64,000 bases of DNA from Octopus bimaculoides. Taxonomy: Eukaryota. A program made the translations under genes and the position numbers. The notes under the pieces are model-generated. The model ran no database searches. It had not been told where the DNA came from and worked only from the letters and a program-made list of their open reading frames with translations. Positions 12,376 through 23,959 of the stretch are shown one piece after another. The stretch spans positions 34,573,225 through 34,637,224 of the forward strand of contig NC_068992.1 in the NCBI RefSeq assembly GCF_001194135.2, given 5' to 3'. Positions within the stretch are counted from its first letter, which is position 1; each line of letters starts with the position of its first letter.

Positions 12376-13639
12376 GGTAAACAAATAGGAAAAAGTGCTA
12401 AATGTATGAAATTAGAGTCTATTGATTTGAACTGAAAATTCATTCCACCATGACTCAGCATTTCTCACAACATGTGATTCTTCAACTAACAAATGTTCAT
12501 CATTTTGTTATCTGGCAGATTACATGGGGTATGCAGCTTAGTAGGGATAAAATAAATAATCAGTTTTGTACTAATATTTCATTTTTTACTTGTTGAGTCT
12601 GGAGGAAGGAGCAGTCTTTGTAGGACCTCTAAGACTGATGCTGTTGATAACATTAATATTCCATCTAAACAGTTGTAATTTAACATTTGCAGAAAGTCTA
12701 AGAACTAGGAGGAAATTCCAGAGAAGAGACATTCTGGAAAGAAGAGACTAGGTATAATGGTTAGTGAGGGGCTTTGAAATTGGATACAACATGAGTTATA
12801 ACTTGAGGGGAGACAAAAGGGTTGAAAGTGTTTGAGTGGAAGGTGAACAAGATCAGCAGCACCAAGGAGCAGAGATTATTATAGTAACAGTACAGAAGGC
12901 AGAGAGAGAAGACAGCATGCTTGTTAGGGTGGAGTGAAAGTACTTTTTACACAGATTTTCGAAATTTGTTTTTAAGAATATATTTTCGATTGTGAAATCC
13001 TTTAAAAACAACTGTATTTACATCTTCAGGTTCTGCAGCCCACTTGAAATTTTGAATAATGAGTGAAAAATCAATTTATAACATGCTTGCTGTTCCTCAC
13101 TTTATTATTTACATTCATTGCTATGAGTCAATTTCCTTTTGCAAGATTCTTTTAAAACAAAAGTGTTAAAATCTCAAGCTCTAAAATGTATATCTTCAGG
13201 CTACACAACATACTTGAAATTTTGAAATTATGTGAAATAAATAGACTTTTCAACTTTGCTTCCTTTATTATTTTTAATACTAGGTGACTGAATATATGTG
13301 TTAAATGAGGTCTAAATTATACACTCATTAAAATAAAATTACATGTAAACCAGTTTTTGATTTTTGGCTCATTTTGGTAATAAAAATAATTAACATTTCC
13401 AATTTATTCGAAATAATTCCATGTAACTAAATAATACAAATAATAAAGCCAACTGATATTTTTCATAGACAAGAGTTAGTATCTCTCTCAAATAAAGAAT
13501 GGAACAGTCCAAAATTTATTGTTTTGGAAATTCCTAAAATGGCATAATGCTAATTGTTTGCACTTGCAACAGGAAATGTCAAATAAATTTTTGGTTTCAT
13601 TGTTTTTGAACACATTACACTTTGTTTGAAGCCATGGCA

Positions 13640-13830
13640 CATTTTTTCTATTATGCAGAGATTTTGGTAATGCTTGGTACTTTAGATAAAAGTTTAAGAT
13701 TTTTGGTTTAACTGACTCATTCGTAACACAAGGAATGGATGCCTTTTACCAAAGAAGAATGATCTTTTCTGCCACAATCTTGACAATTTGTTTAATTGAA
13801 GGATCTTTCTTAACTACATTCTTTTCTTTC
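13640..13830 (-). pseudogene. Possible decayed DNA-transposase N-terminal fragment (unclassified)
   Basis: Minus frame reads KDPSIKQIVKIVAEKIILLW*KASIPCVTNESVKPKILNFYLKYQALPKS, resembling the W-x-KASIP...KY-x-x-L-x-K motif I recall from invertebrate transposon-derived proteins. Family not determined. Confidence 0.3.
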
Positions 13831-14344
13831 ACTCATTCAAATAAAACACATTTTAGTACGTCCTTGTGAGTTAGTAAAACTCACTTGCTAAAATCACATG
13901 GAGTACCAAATATTGGGTATTCAGTTTCATGACATGTTATTGGCCTATGAGTCATCACTTTATGTAAACAACACTAAATTTAACACGATCATTAATTTTA
14001 ATCCAGTGGCCTAAAGTCAAGGTAGAAATCTGAAAGCTTCACACACATATGATGTATATTCACACACAATGACCATTGCAGTGGAAGTGGAGAGAAGTTC
14101 ACACTCCTGTTCTCTTTAAAGTCAATGCGGAACCTCAACTTGGTATGCAACCTCTTAAGGATACTATATTTACTGTTTTGCATTCTGCTACGTAGAAATA
14201 TGTATTCATTACAACTTATAATCCATAAAATCCAAAATTCAACCAAAAATAGTGATATTAAAATTTCCTGCAAAAGTTATTTAACTGCAAAGTTCTTTAT
14301 ACACCTTTCTTTTAACCCTAATTCACAAAAAAATTTGATTCTTG

Positions 14345-15180
14345 GTTACCAATTATGAAAGTTGCATTTTTCGCTCCACCCAAATGCTTGTTGGTCAAAG
14401 GTTCAGGTATGTCTGTGAGTGATTTCAAGTGAATCAGTCTAGTGACCTTTCTCTAGCTCCAGTCTAAGAAATGTACACCAGCTGCACTGTTGCATATGTA
14501 GAAGCTATTATCCACTGAAGGTTTCACATGAGCATTGTAGAGTATCATTGAAAGCTTTGTTGATGTTGAGTGCTTTCATTGAAATTCTTTAAGCAAAATC
14601 CAACTGGTGGATTATATGAGACAGTAAGTCTCTACCAGATCTGGTTTCATGGAAACTGTACAAGCAATCACTAAAAAGGAAGGGAAAATGAAAGAGAGAG
14701 AGAGAGACAGACAGACAAACGAATATTTGAGCTGTTGATGTTAATGGCTATCTCCCTCACAAACACATATTTAAGAAGCCATTATGTGTTTAACTAATCT
14801 ACTGAGAAACCGCAGGCAAATTTCTCTTGAATCACATTATGGGAAATGATCAAACAAATTGCTTTATATGTTCACAGATGCACTATTTTTGAGTTATGAG
14901 CAAGATAATCATAGATAAGGCATACAAGTGACTGTAGATTTGCTTTCCTTGATCCAGAATGCACTAGATCTAAAAAAGACCTGAAGCAAAACAACAGTAT
15001 AAACCTGAAGTTACATATGGTAAATGCCAAGGATAAAAATAGTAACTAGAAAGGAGGTAAAAGACAATAAAACACCAGAACATGCTTCATGCATTCCTTG
15101 ACAGACAGACTAAACCCTGCAATACCGATCACTTAACCAATATGGCTTTAACCCATTCCACTAGCATAGCTTAATATTCT
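14345..15180 (-). mobile_element. Highly decayed CR1/L2-like LINE RT fragment
   Basis: Minus-strand LYNAHVKPSVDNSFYI..LDWS.RKVTRLI resembles LYKAQVRPSLEYCSHIW...RAIRLI; a degenerate SGV.....LFL.FI-like block lies near 15060-15110. Confidence 0.45.
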
Positions 15181-15199
15181 TCATCTGTTTGCGAGTTTA

Positions 15200-16400
15200 T
15201 GAGGTAATAATATGGACTTCTTTGGCTTCCATTTAAGACTCCTAAACAAACATCAGCCAATGAGAAGTATTTGCACTCAGCTATCTTCATTCAAAATCAA
15301 TATGACACCAACATCAAACTAGCCAACAAGAGCAGAGCTAATGTAGTGCAGAACCTTGTTCAACTTCAAATTGTCCTACAACCAATAATCCATGTCCCCT
15401 ACCATATACTACACTAATTCCTTTGTCCTCCCACCACGAACTTCATTTTCTGCATACCACATACTATCATGATCTGTTTCCTCACTAACAACCCTGCTCA
15501 TCCTATTTTTTTACATGTACTTGTCCACTAACATTGCATTAAAATAGTTTGACTAACTTCTAACCCTTTGAAGTAACCTACCCATCATATATTCATGACA
15601 TCAGTTATTTTTTCGACCTCTCACCAAAAACTTAATTATCCAGGTCTGTAAATAGAAGATACCAATCACATATTAGCAGGCCATTTCAGAAAGTATTTGT
15701 CCAGTGTTTGATGAAACCATGCAAGATCACAAAAACATCTCACCTCCCATTTTAGTTTTCCAAACCACTTTAATGAGATCCATTGCAGTCTAGTCTGGCC
15801 TTAACATTCCCTATCTTTTCAAGTATGTTCATTTGAATCTTCATTGATCCTAACTTACAGAATGAGAGGTGTTCTATTTACCTGTCTACTCTCTTATACA
15901 ATGCCATGGCACTCCTGCTTCTTTGCTTTATCAGAAATAACAATTTGCACTGAATATCAATTACCAGCATATTTTCTTCTTATAGTTCAGAACACTGACA
16001 AATGTCAGTACATGCATTTCACACCACTTTTCCATCCATTACATAAAATCAAGACCATATAATGACCATTTGCACACTTAATTACCCACTGTTACACACA
16101 CACACACACACACACACAGAGTCGTTCACATTCAACATCTTTTGTGCATCTAATTCACTATACTGTGACAAAATTACATACACATACCTCTTGATATGAC
16201 TTATAGTTACTTCTTAGTCATAACTCTTGCTTCCTTTACCAGACACATGTTCATTCTTCTTTCTCTTCTCTCCACCTATCTTGACAAAATGTTGTGAAAT
16301 GCCATTTTTATCCTGGAAGACTCCTTTAGATTGATATGTGTTCTTTTCCACACAGTCTGTTTCTGTGACTTTGTACTTACATTCATCATTTGTATTGTTT
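15200..16400 (+). mobile_element. Very decayed Penelope-like element fragment
   Basis: Faint matches only: SFTFNIFCASNSLYC (cf. PLE endonuclease FTCxSxNxIYC) near 16110-16150, a pyrimidine-rich 3' region and PLE thumb-like remnants. Confidence 0.35.
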
Positions 16401-17204
16401 TATCTCCTGTTTTAACTTGCCATTCAGTCTGGAAAGATATTTACTCTGATGATTCAGACCAAGATGGTTTGCAGTGATGCTAGATTTTTATGTAGATATA
16501 AATTAATGACTCAAAACTTTTGAGTGAATGTTAAAAACAAGGTTTATCTATTATACTTGACAGTAAGAATAATGTAATTAAGGTTGAGGAACAACATGAA
16601 AGATACACCAGTCAAATATCCCTTATTAAAATCCTACCATTTTGAAATAAGGACACATTAGATATTGTGGTTTTAGATTAAATGTGTGGTATTATACCTA
16701 TGTACAGAAAAATTATTAGATTAATGAATCAAAGATCAGATAAAGTGTCATAAATATCCTCAACATTTAAGATTTTATTAAAGAATTAATATTTCAGTTT
16801 GTGTGTGCCTTTCTTGCTCCTTTGAACACTAACTTATACATAGTAAGAAGGATAAATTTTGCTCACAATCCCTGTATTTGTCAGTCTCCTGAATATTTTT
16901 CAATCTTCCATTCAATTCTGCTAACATATAAAAGTTTGTACTAAGAAATGCCATAGTACATTACAATAATAATTTTTAATAACAACAATTTCTTTTGATA
17001 TGAATTCTCACATACTTTGAATCAAAATTTCTAACTTTCAACAAATAATGCTATAATATGGCTAGGAGAAGAATAAATAATGTTCTACCCTTTCATGTCT
17101 TCTTTTTTGTATATAATTTTTGAGCTAAATTGAATAGTCTGGTTATTTTTGTGTATATATGTATAATGTATTTTTACAAAAACCCACAGTAATATTTTTA
17201 GTGA

Positions 17205-17381
17205 TTAATAATAGTTGAATAGAACAATGTAAAATGTTATTAAATTCACAAATATTCCCTAAACAGAAATTAGTATTTCCAGTTGAATAAGTAATGCACT
17301 AACATGCTACAGCAATTGGCTATTTTTTCACTCTGTCTCTCCTAATGCTACTTTACAGATTTTGCTCCTCTGCATACCACT
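17205..17381 (+). repeat. ~175-bp dispersed repeat, copy 1 (copy 2 at 36761-36937)
   Basis: Shared gtaaaatgttattaaattcacaaatattccctaaacagaaattag...gattttgctc.tctgcataccact. Confidence 0.85.
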
Positions 17382-18700
17382 TCCCACCCTAGTCCACCCA
17401 ATGAACATACATTTTCTCTTCTTTTCATTCATACTCTGTTTTACCTACCAGAGCTTACATTAAACACTTTACTCAATGATTCCTTCCCTGACTGCAAAGT
17501 TCTGAAATATCTTTTTTATCAAATCTGTTGCTGCTTATTCCCAATTCAAATTTGACCAAGTACACTTATGATCAAAGCTATAAAAACTATTCACATTTTT
17601 AGGAGCATGTCTATGACTTCTTATATGTTCCACTGTCCTATTTAGATCACTGGATGTTAATAATCTCTCTCTACAAAAGTTTTACTCCTAGTCACTGACA
17701 TACAGAAGTTCAAATTGAATATAAACTACATTTATCATAGCAGCCTAGAGAAGCCTAAAATTTTATAGACTGTACCCTTTTTATTCTGACTAATTTATTA
17801 AGGTAATAAAAACAAAAAATGTTATTTACATATCTAATTTTGTCTGGAAATATATGAAAATTAACATGGCTTCCATCAAAAGGAAATGAGTTTGTGAACT
17901 ATTTTATAGTAAAACCAATTTACATAACCTATATTATCAGTTGATGACATTATTATTCATGTGCAACAGCTGGTATAGAAACAATAATCTTTTTTAATAG
18001 TTTAATATTTAAATTAACAAGTCCATTATGCAAAATCAATGTTTTAAAGTTGCAAGCAAAAACCACAGCAATGGTCTCTCAATAAATGGAAGCTTTTATA
18101 TCAAATGTGGATTCAGTTTCAAAATTATGAGGAAAAAACATAGTAATGCTTTATTCAATTTGTTTATACATACATAAATGCAGAGACATGCATACATGTT
18201 CCCTGCATTCTCCTTTATGGTTCTTCATCAGCCAAGTGGGGACACTACATTCAAAGGTGTAACAAAATTTAGCCCTGTAGATGCCAGGCAATTCAATGCT
18301 AGAGTGGAAAATACATGCTTCCTTTGTCATGCAATGAGAATGAATCCATTATTACATGATAGCAAAGCAAACTTCACAACAGTCATACCTGCACCTATGT
18401 ATAAGCATACATACATTATATATATATCCTTTACGTTTGTTTGTGGGAAACATTTTGAATATGCATGTAAAAGCTCTTGTCCATTAATGTGATATCGCCT
18501 GAAGAAATAAATGCATGCACATGATCTACCAAATGTCCATGGATACTACGGACTGTACTGTAATCACTACAGGAATACAGACTATTGTCTTATGGGACAC
18601 ATAATTTGTGGAAACGTGTGTAGCAATGCATTAAAATATTTATAAATTCCATCCAAGGATTATTATTATTACTATTATTATTATTATTACTATATATATT

Positions 18701-18893
18701 AAGGTGGCAAGCAGGCAGAATCGTAAGCACACTGGACGAAATGCCTAGTAGTATTTCACCTGTTGCTATGTTCTGAGTTCAAATTCCACCGAGGTCAACT
18801 TTGCCTTTCATCCTTTCAGGGTCAATTAAATAAGTACCAGTTACGCACTAGGGTCAATGTAATCAACTGCCCTTGTGGCAAAAATTTGAAACC
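18701..18893 (+). mobile_element. tRNA-derived SINE, family A
   Basis: aaggtggcaagcaggcagaatcg...gttctgagttcaaattcc; preceded by (ATT)n. Confidence 0.85.
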
Positions 18894-18924
18894 ATTATGA
18901 TGATGACTATATATATTATATTAA

Positions 18925-19754
18925 GAGTCTCTCACTCAAGATGAAAAGTAGACTGTATTATGTATGTGTGTGAACTGCCATGCTACATGACAGTGAAACA
19001 TGGTCCATAACTTCTGCGTTGGCTTGAAATAAATAAAGCTAGTATGATACACTAGATGTGTAATGACAGTGTGCATACATGACAGAGTGTAAGCACCCTG
19101 AGAAAAAAGTTGGGCATAAGAAGCATCAAATGTGGTTTGCAAGAAAGATGACTGCACTGGTATGGTCATGTGTTATGTATGGATGAAGACATCTGCGTAG
19201 GGGAGTGCTACTCCCTAACTGTGGAAGGGACCTGTGGAAGAGGTTGACCCAGGAAGACATGGGGTGAGGCAGTGAAGCATGACCTTCGAACATTGGGCCT
19301 CACAGAGGCAATGTAATGAGACCGAGACCTTTGGAGATATGCGTTGATTGAGAAAACTCGGCAATTAAAGTGAGATCACAGCCACACATGTCTGGCCCAG
19401 TTAAGAGTACCCCTGATGTGTCGTACAATATGATATGCTTGAGAAGACCTGCTGAGTCAAGTAAAACTAATATCGTAACTGTAGCCAGTGCTCCTTGACT
19501 GGATCCTATGCCATTGGCACATAAAATGCACCGTCCGAATGTGGCCGATGCCAGGCCCACCAGATTGGTTCCTGTGCCATTGGCATGGAAAAAGCACCCA
19601 CTACACTCTCAGAGTAGTTGGCATTAGGAAGGGCATCCAGCTGTATAAACATTGCCAGATCAGATTGGAGCCTGGTGCAGCTGCTGGCTCTCCAGACCTC
19701 AGTCAAACAGTCCAACCCATGCCAGCATGGAAAACAGACACTAAACGATGATGA

Positions 19755-19757
<3 letters not shown>
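18925..19757 (+). mobile_element. RTE LINE 3' fragment (copy 2)
   Basis: TAMLHDSETW, LHWYGHV, GRG.PRKTW; 3' end ccaacccatgccagcatggaaaacagacactaaacgatgatgatgat. Confidence 0.88.
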
Positions 19758-19808
<51 letters not shown>

Positions 19809-19811
<3 letters not shown>

Positions 19812-20632
19812 GTGATATAACAGGTCGTTGAAGTGAGAGATATACTATATCTTTATTTACAATGTTTTCAATCGTAAGTTATAACAAGTATTATTGTTTC
19901 TTAATTAAAAGCTATAATGATAATCTCGTTACTTATAACTTAATTATAAGTATTTATCACTAAGCATAACTCTTAGTTTAGGCTGCGTAGTTATGATGTA
20001 TACATACCAAGACGCTGAACGTGCGTTCCTACGTACATGTATGTTGAAGATATAGATTATATTTTTTTGACCGTTACACATAAAAAAAATACAGTTTCAT
20101 TAATATACATAAATAAATTCAACAAGTTGAAAGAAACGAGAAGTAAAAGGAATTAAGTTTCTACATTAATTTATTATATACATTTTTTTGGCATTTATAG
20201 AACATTTAGAAATAAAGTCATTTCGTCGTAGAGAATTACGACTTAAATTTTATATTAACTAATCTTTCATTCTAGCTATAAGGTTTCACAACAATTCAAT
20301 ATTGTCGGATTTGAGTATTGAATATGGCATATATATTAGCCGATACTCAAAAGGGTGAGTGTCGTAGATTTGAGTGGCGTCCAACGATCACTTGAGCGAG
20401 TGTTGTGGATTTGAGTGTCAACCCAACGATCACTGGAGAGTTTGCCGAAAATCAGGGCTTTTATAACTACTCATACACGAATCATAGAACCGTAACCCCG
20501 TGAACAACTTCTTCAACGAAGTTCAGAATTCGTATATGGGTAGTAATTTTTAATCAATGAGAAATCAATAATTTCTCGTGTTCAGGCAAAACGAACTTAC
20601 GTTCTCTCTCCGCCTCTTATGAGTTTGCTACA
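19809..20632 (-). mobile_element. Probable solo LTR (~824 bp)
   Basis: TG...CA termini inside (TA)n (ATAT on both sides). On the minus strand there is TATAAAA (20459-20465) and AATAAA (19852-19857) ~43 nt before the end. CpG-rich, with an internal 41-bp tandem duplication at 20357-20440. Confidence 0.6.
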
Positions 20633-20659
20633 ATATATATATATATAGTTTTCACTTAA

Positions 20660-20820
20660 AACTGATTAAAATATACCTATGGTCAACAATTTCACAAGAG
20701 AAACTAAATTATTTGGTGTTGCTATATACAGAAAATGACATTACAAAAACTTTGAAATGATTTTCAAAGACTTCTCAGATAAAAAAAAAACAGAAAATAA
20801 ACTTTTCTGGTTTTTATAAA
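20660..20820 (+). mobile_element. hAT transposase C-terminal (dimerisation domain) remnant
   Basis: Homologous, in inverted orientation, to 27780-27930; encodes an S.E.LNYLVLLYTENDITK-like segment. Confidence 0.65.
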
Positions 20821-20826
20821 GTTATA

Positions 20827-21118
20827 CAAGGTGCGTAAGATATTTGAATACAGATTTATGTTTATAAAGTGACAGCTATATAATAACAAATAATAACTTT
20901 ACTTATCAAAAAATGCTATGAGGAAAAAAATAAACCCTCTTTTCTATAATGTTATTCAATAAAGCCACCTTCAACTTCAACAACTGCTTCTATACGAGAT
21001 CTAAATCATCTAGATGCTCAAATCAAGTGGTCATGGGTCATTTTGGACATTACTCTCAATATGGCAGCTTTCAAAGAATCTTTGGCATCATGGGTGATTT
21101 CATTGGCGAAATGTTAGG

Positions 21119-21150
<32 letters not shown>

Positions 21151-23112
21151 GTTTAACGTCCGCTTTCCATGCTAGCATGGGTTGGACGATTTGACTGAGG
21201 ACTGGTGCAACCAGATGGCTACACCAGGCTCCAGTCTAATTTGGCAGAGTTTCTACAGCTGGATGCCCTTCCTAACGCCAACCACTCAGAGAGTATAGTG
21301 GGTGCTTTTACGTGTCACCCGCACGAAAACAGCCACGCTCGAAATGGTGTCTTTTATGTGCCACCCGCACAAGAGCCAGTCCAGGGGCACTGGCAACGAT
21401 CTCGCTCGAAAACCCTACAAGGCCAGTCAGGCGGTACTGGCAACGGTCACGCTCAGGATGGTACATCTTATGTGCCACCCGCNNNNNNNNNNNNNNNNNN
21501 NNNNNNNNNNNNNNNNNNNNNNNNNNNNNNNNNNNNNNNNNNNNNNNNNNNNNNNNNNNNNNNNNNNNNNNNNNNNNNNNNNNNNNNNNNNNNNNNNNNN
21601 NNNNNNNNNNNNNNNNNNNNNNNNNNNNNNNNNNNNNNNNNNNNNNNNNNNNNNNNNNNNNNNNNNNNNNNNNNNNNNNNNNNNNNNNNNNNNNNNNNNN
21701 NNNNNNNNNNNNNNNNNNNNNNNNNNNNNNNNNNNNNNNNNNNNNNNNNNNNNNNNNNNNNNNNNNNNNNNNNNNNNNNNNNNNNNNNNNNNNNNNNNNN
21801 NNNNNNNNNNNNNNNNNNNNNNNNNNNNNNNNNNNNNNNNNNNNNNNNNNNNNNNNNNNNNNNNNNNNNNNNNNNNNNNNNNNNNNNNNNNNNNNNNNNN
21901 NNNNNNNNNNNNNNNNNNNNNNNNNNNNNNNNNNNNNNNNNNNNNNNNNNNNNNNNNNNNNNNNNNNNNNNNNNNNNNNNNNNNNNNNNNNNNNNNNNNN
22001 NNNNNNNNNNNNNNNNNNNNNNNNNNNNNNNNNNNNNNNNNNNCACTGCCATGTAGCATGGCTGTTCGTACACATGCGTCATACAGTCTGCCTTTTACTC
22101 TGAGTGAGAGTCCCTTTGTCGCCAGCAGAGGTAAGAGCTCTCTAAACTTGGCCCAGGCTATTCGTATTCTAGCAGTTTGAAAATGTTCAGCCATCCATTC
22201 CTGTGTTACTAGAGCTATGTGTGACAGTGCAGAGTCTTACTGAAACATATATGGCCTTCCATTGCATACACTGTCTATCCAGGGCCTAACAATTATTTCC
22301 AGGACCTCAATGTAGGCAGCAAAGTTAGCTCTAAGGCCTTCTGAAAGGCAGTAAGGAGGCATCACATGTCCTTCATTGCTGACAACCCCTAAAACCATGA
22401 CAATTGCCGGAAACTTTGTATACATAACACTTGGAACTTCAGAAGGGTCTGCGCAAAATCCTCTCTCGTTTTTGCTGTTAACTTTTTGAACTTGATCGAA
22501 GTTTTTCTTGTTTGAGAAAAACCAAATCAAATCTTCTTCTGCTGGATTTTTCAGTTTGTTTAAGAGCCTTTTAGATCTGATGTAGTGATTTACTTTTGCT
22601 TTTTCTGACAAATCGACCTTCATCTGATGTCTTTGTGGACAACATTTCTGACTGTTCCTTCTGACACATGGAGATCTTTTGCAATTGACCTCATGGACTT
22701 TCTGAGATTGTAATGAATNNNNNNNNNNTTGCAATTGACCTCATGGACTTTCTGAGATTGTAATGAATGGTCTATTGAACTTGCTGGATAAATTCAGGTG
22801 TTCTGATGATTTCAGAGCATTTAGAACGTATCTTATGCTTTCATACTGGTGATACGTTTCCATCTTCCGTCTCTAGCTCCTTACAAACTTTGTTGACGAG
22901 AGATCTGGCAGCTTTTAAAAATCGAGGTATTTCTAAATGGCTATGCTCAACCCTTGTAACCCTTATAACCACAATAGCATCATGCCTATACATTTCATGA
23001 GTAAGCTGAGGGTTTGCCATTATTATTTTCTGCAATAAAGATTATACAGAGTTAGCCAAAAATGCAGCAATGACCTAATAAAGGTATGTCCTCAAATAAC
23101 TTATGCATCCTG
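20827..23112 (-). mobile_element. Tc1/mariner superfamily element, maT/DD37D-like, interrupted by an RTE
   Basis: TIRs TA-CAAGGTGCGTAAGATATTTGAATACA and TA-CAGGATGCATAAGTTATTTGAGGACA (22/28 identical including TA). Transposase motifs WFFSNKKNF, TKFPAIVMVLGVVSNEG, RPYMFQ*DSALSH and C-terminal KDSLKAAI...FRSRIEAVVEVEGGFIE. The segment holding the third catalytic D is deleted, so DD37D is inferred from family resemblance. Confidence 0.85.
21120..22175 (-). mobile_element. Young 5'-truncated RTE LINE (copy 3) inserted in the maT-like element
   Basis: ARIRIAWAKFRELLPLLATKGLSLRVKGRLYDACVRTAMLHGS; 3' end with (CAT)n at 21120-21150; N gap 21483-22043. Confidence 0.9.
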
Positions 23113-23149
<37 letters not shown>

Positions 23150-23367
23150 NNNNNNNNNNNNNNNNNNNNNNNNNNNNNNNNNNNNNNNNNNNNNNNNNNN
23201 NNNNNNNNNNNNNNNNNNNNNNNNNNNNNNNNNNNNNNNNNNNNNNNNNNNNNNNNNNNNNNNNNNNNNNNNNNNNATATGTAAAAGGTTGAAGAGGAAC
23301 ACACGAGTAGATATATATATGGAAAAAGAAGTCAAGATAGAAAATGCTAAAATACTTTTATAAAAAC

Positions 23368-23412
23368 ATTTCAGTACCGGTTTCGATCATTGAGATCTTT
23401 TCAACTGTAAAT
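23368..23412 (-). ncRNA. Minimal type I hammerhead ribozyme motif, U3:A8 core variant (3' pseudo-LTR)
   Basis: Minus strand: ATTTACAG-TTGAAAA-GATC/tcaat/GATC-GAAA-CCGG-TA-CTGAAAT; palindromic stem III ACCGGT. Confidence 0.7.
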
Positions 23413-23959
23413 ATGGATAACAAATTTTGGCAAATTTAAATGAAAAGTCTTTTTAAAAACATATTTGCACAATATTCAAACACCAGGGTCATTTTCCTTG
23501 TTTCTGTCTGCCTCTGTTTCTCTTGTTAACTCTAATGGGTTCGAGGTCAGGTCGTTGTGAATTCTTGGAGAAGAAGAAGAAGAAGAAGAAGAAGTGGGAG
23601 TACTATGATAGTAGCAGAGTGTTAATTGGTTAAGTGTCCTGAAAATGACCTGGTAATGTTTATTATGTTTGCGCAGGTGTTATTATAAACAGCAGTAGTA
23701 GTAATAAAGGGAGGAAGTGGTGGATAGGAAGAAGAAGACGAAGACGACGGAGAAGAAGAAGGATGGAGAGAAGAAGAGAAAGAGTAATAATAGAATGCGG
23801 GATAGTGTGATAGTAACTAGTCGAGTGAGCAGTGATTGGTGTTTTTTTTTATATTTTTATATTTTTTTATAATTCCTTGAGTATCTCTTTGGAGTTTATC
23901 ATTTTTAATATTTGCGTGTGTGTTATTCTATGGTCATGGTAGATATGTCATTTGTTGTA

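Noticed and set aside
14620-14710. Strong-looking splice acceptor on the minus strand at 14671
   Set aside because: The pyrimidine tract is a (CT)n microsatellite inside a decayed LINE, and the downstream frame closes quickly.
21205-22194. Long ORFs in the track spanning N runs (also 38023-39369, 41223-41656, 44246-45558, 23075-23363)
   Set aside because: Their length comes from Ns translating as X; the real parts are RTE or SINE sequence.
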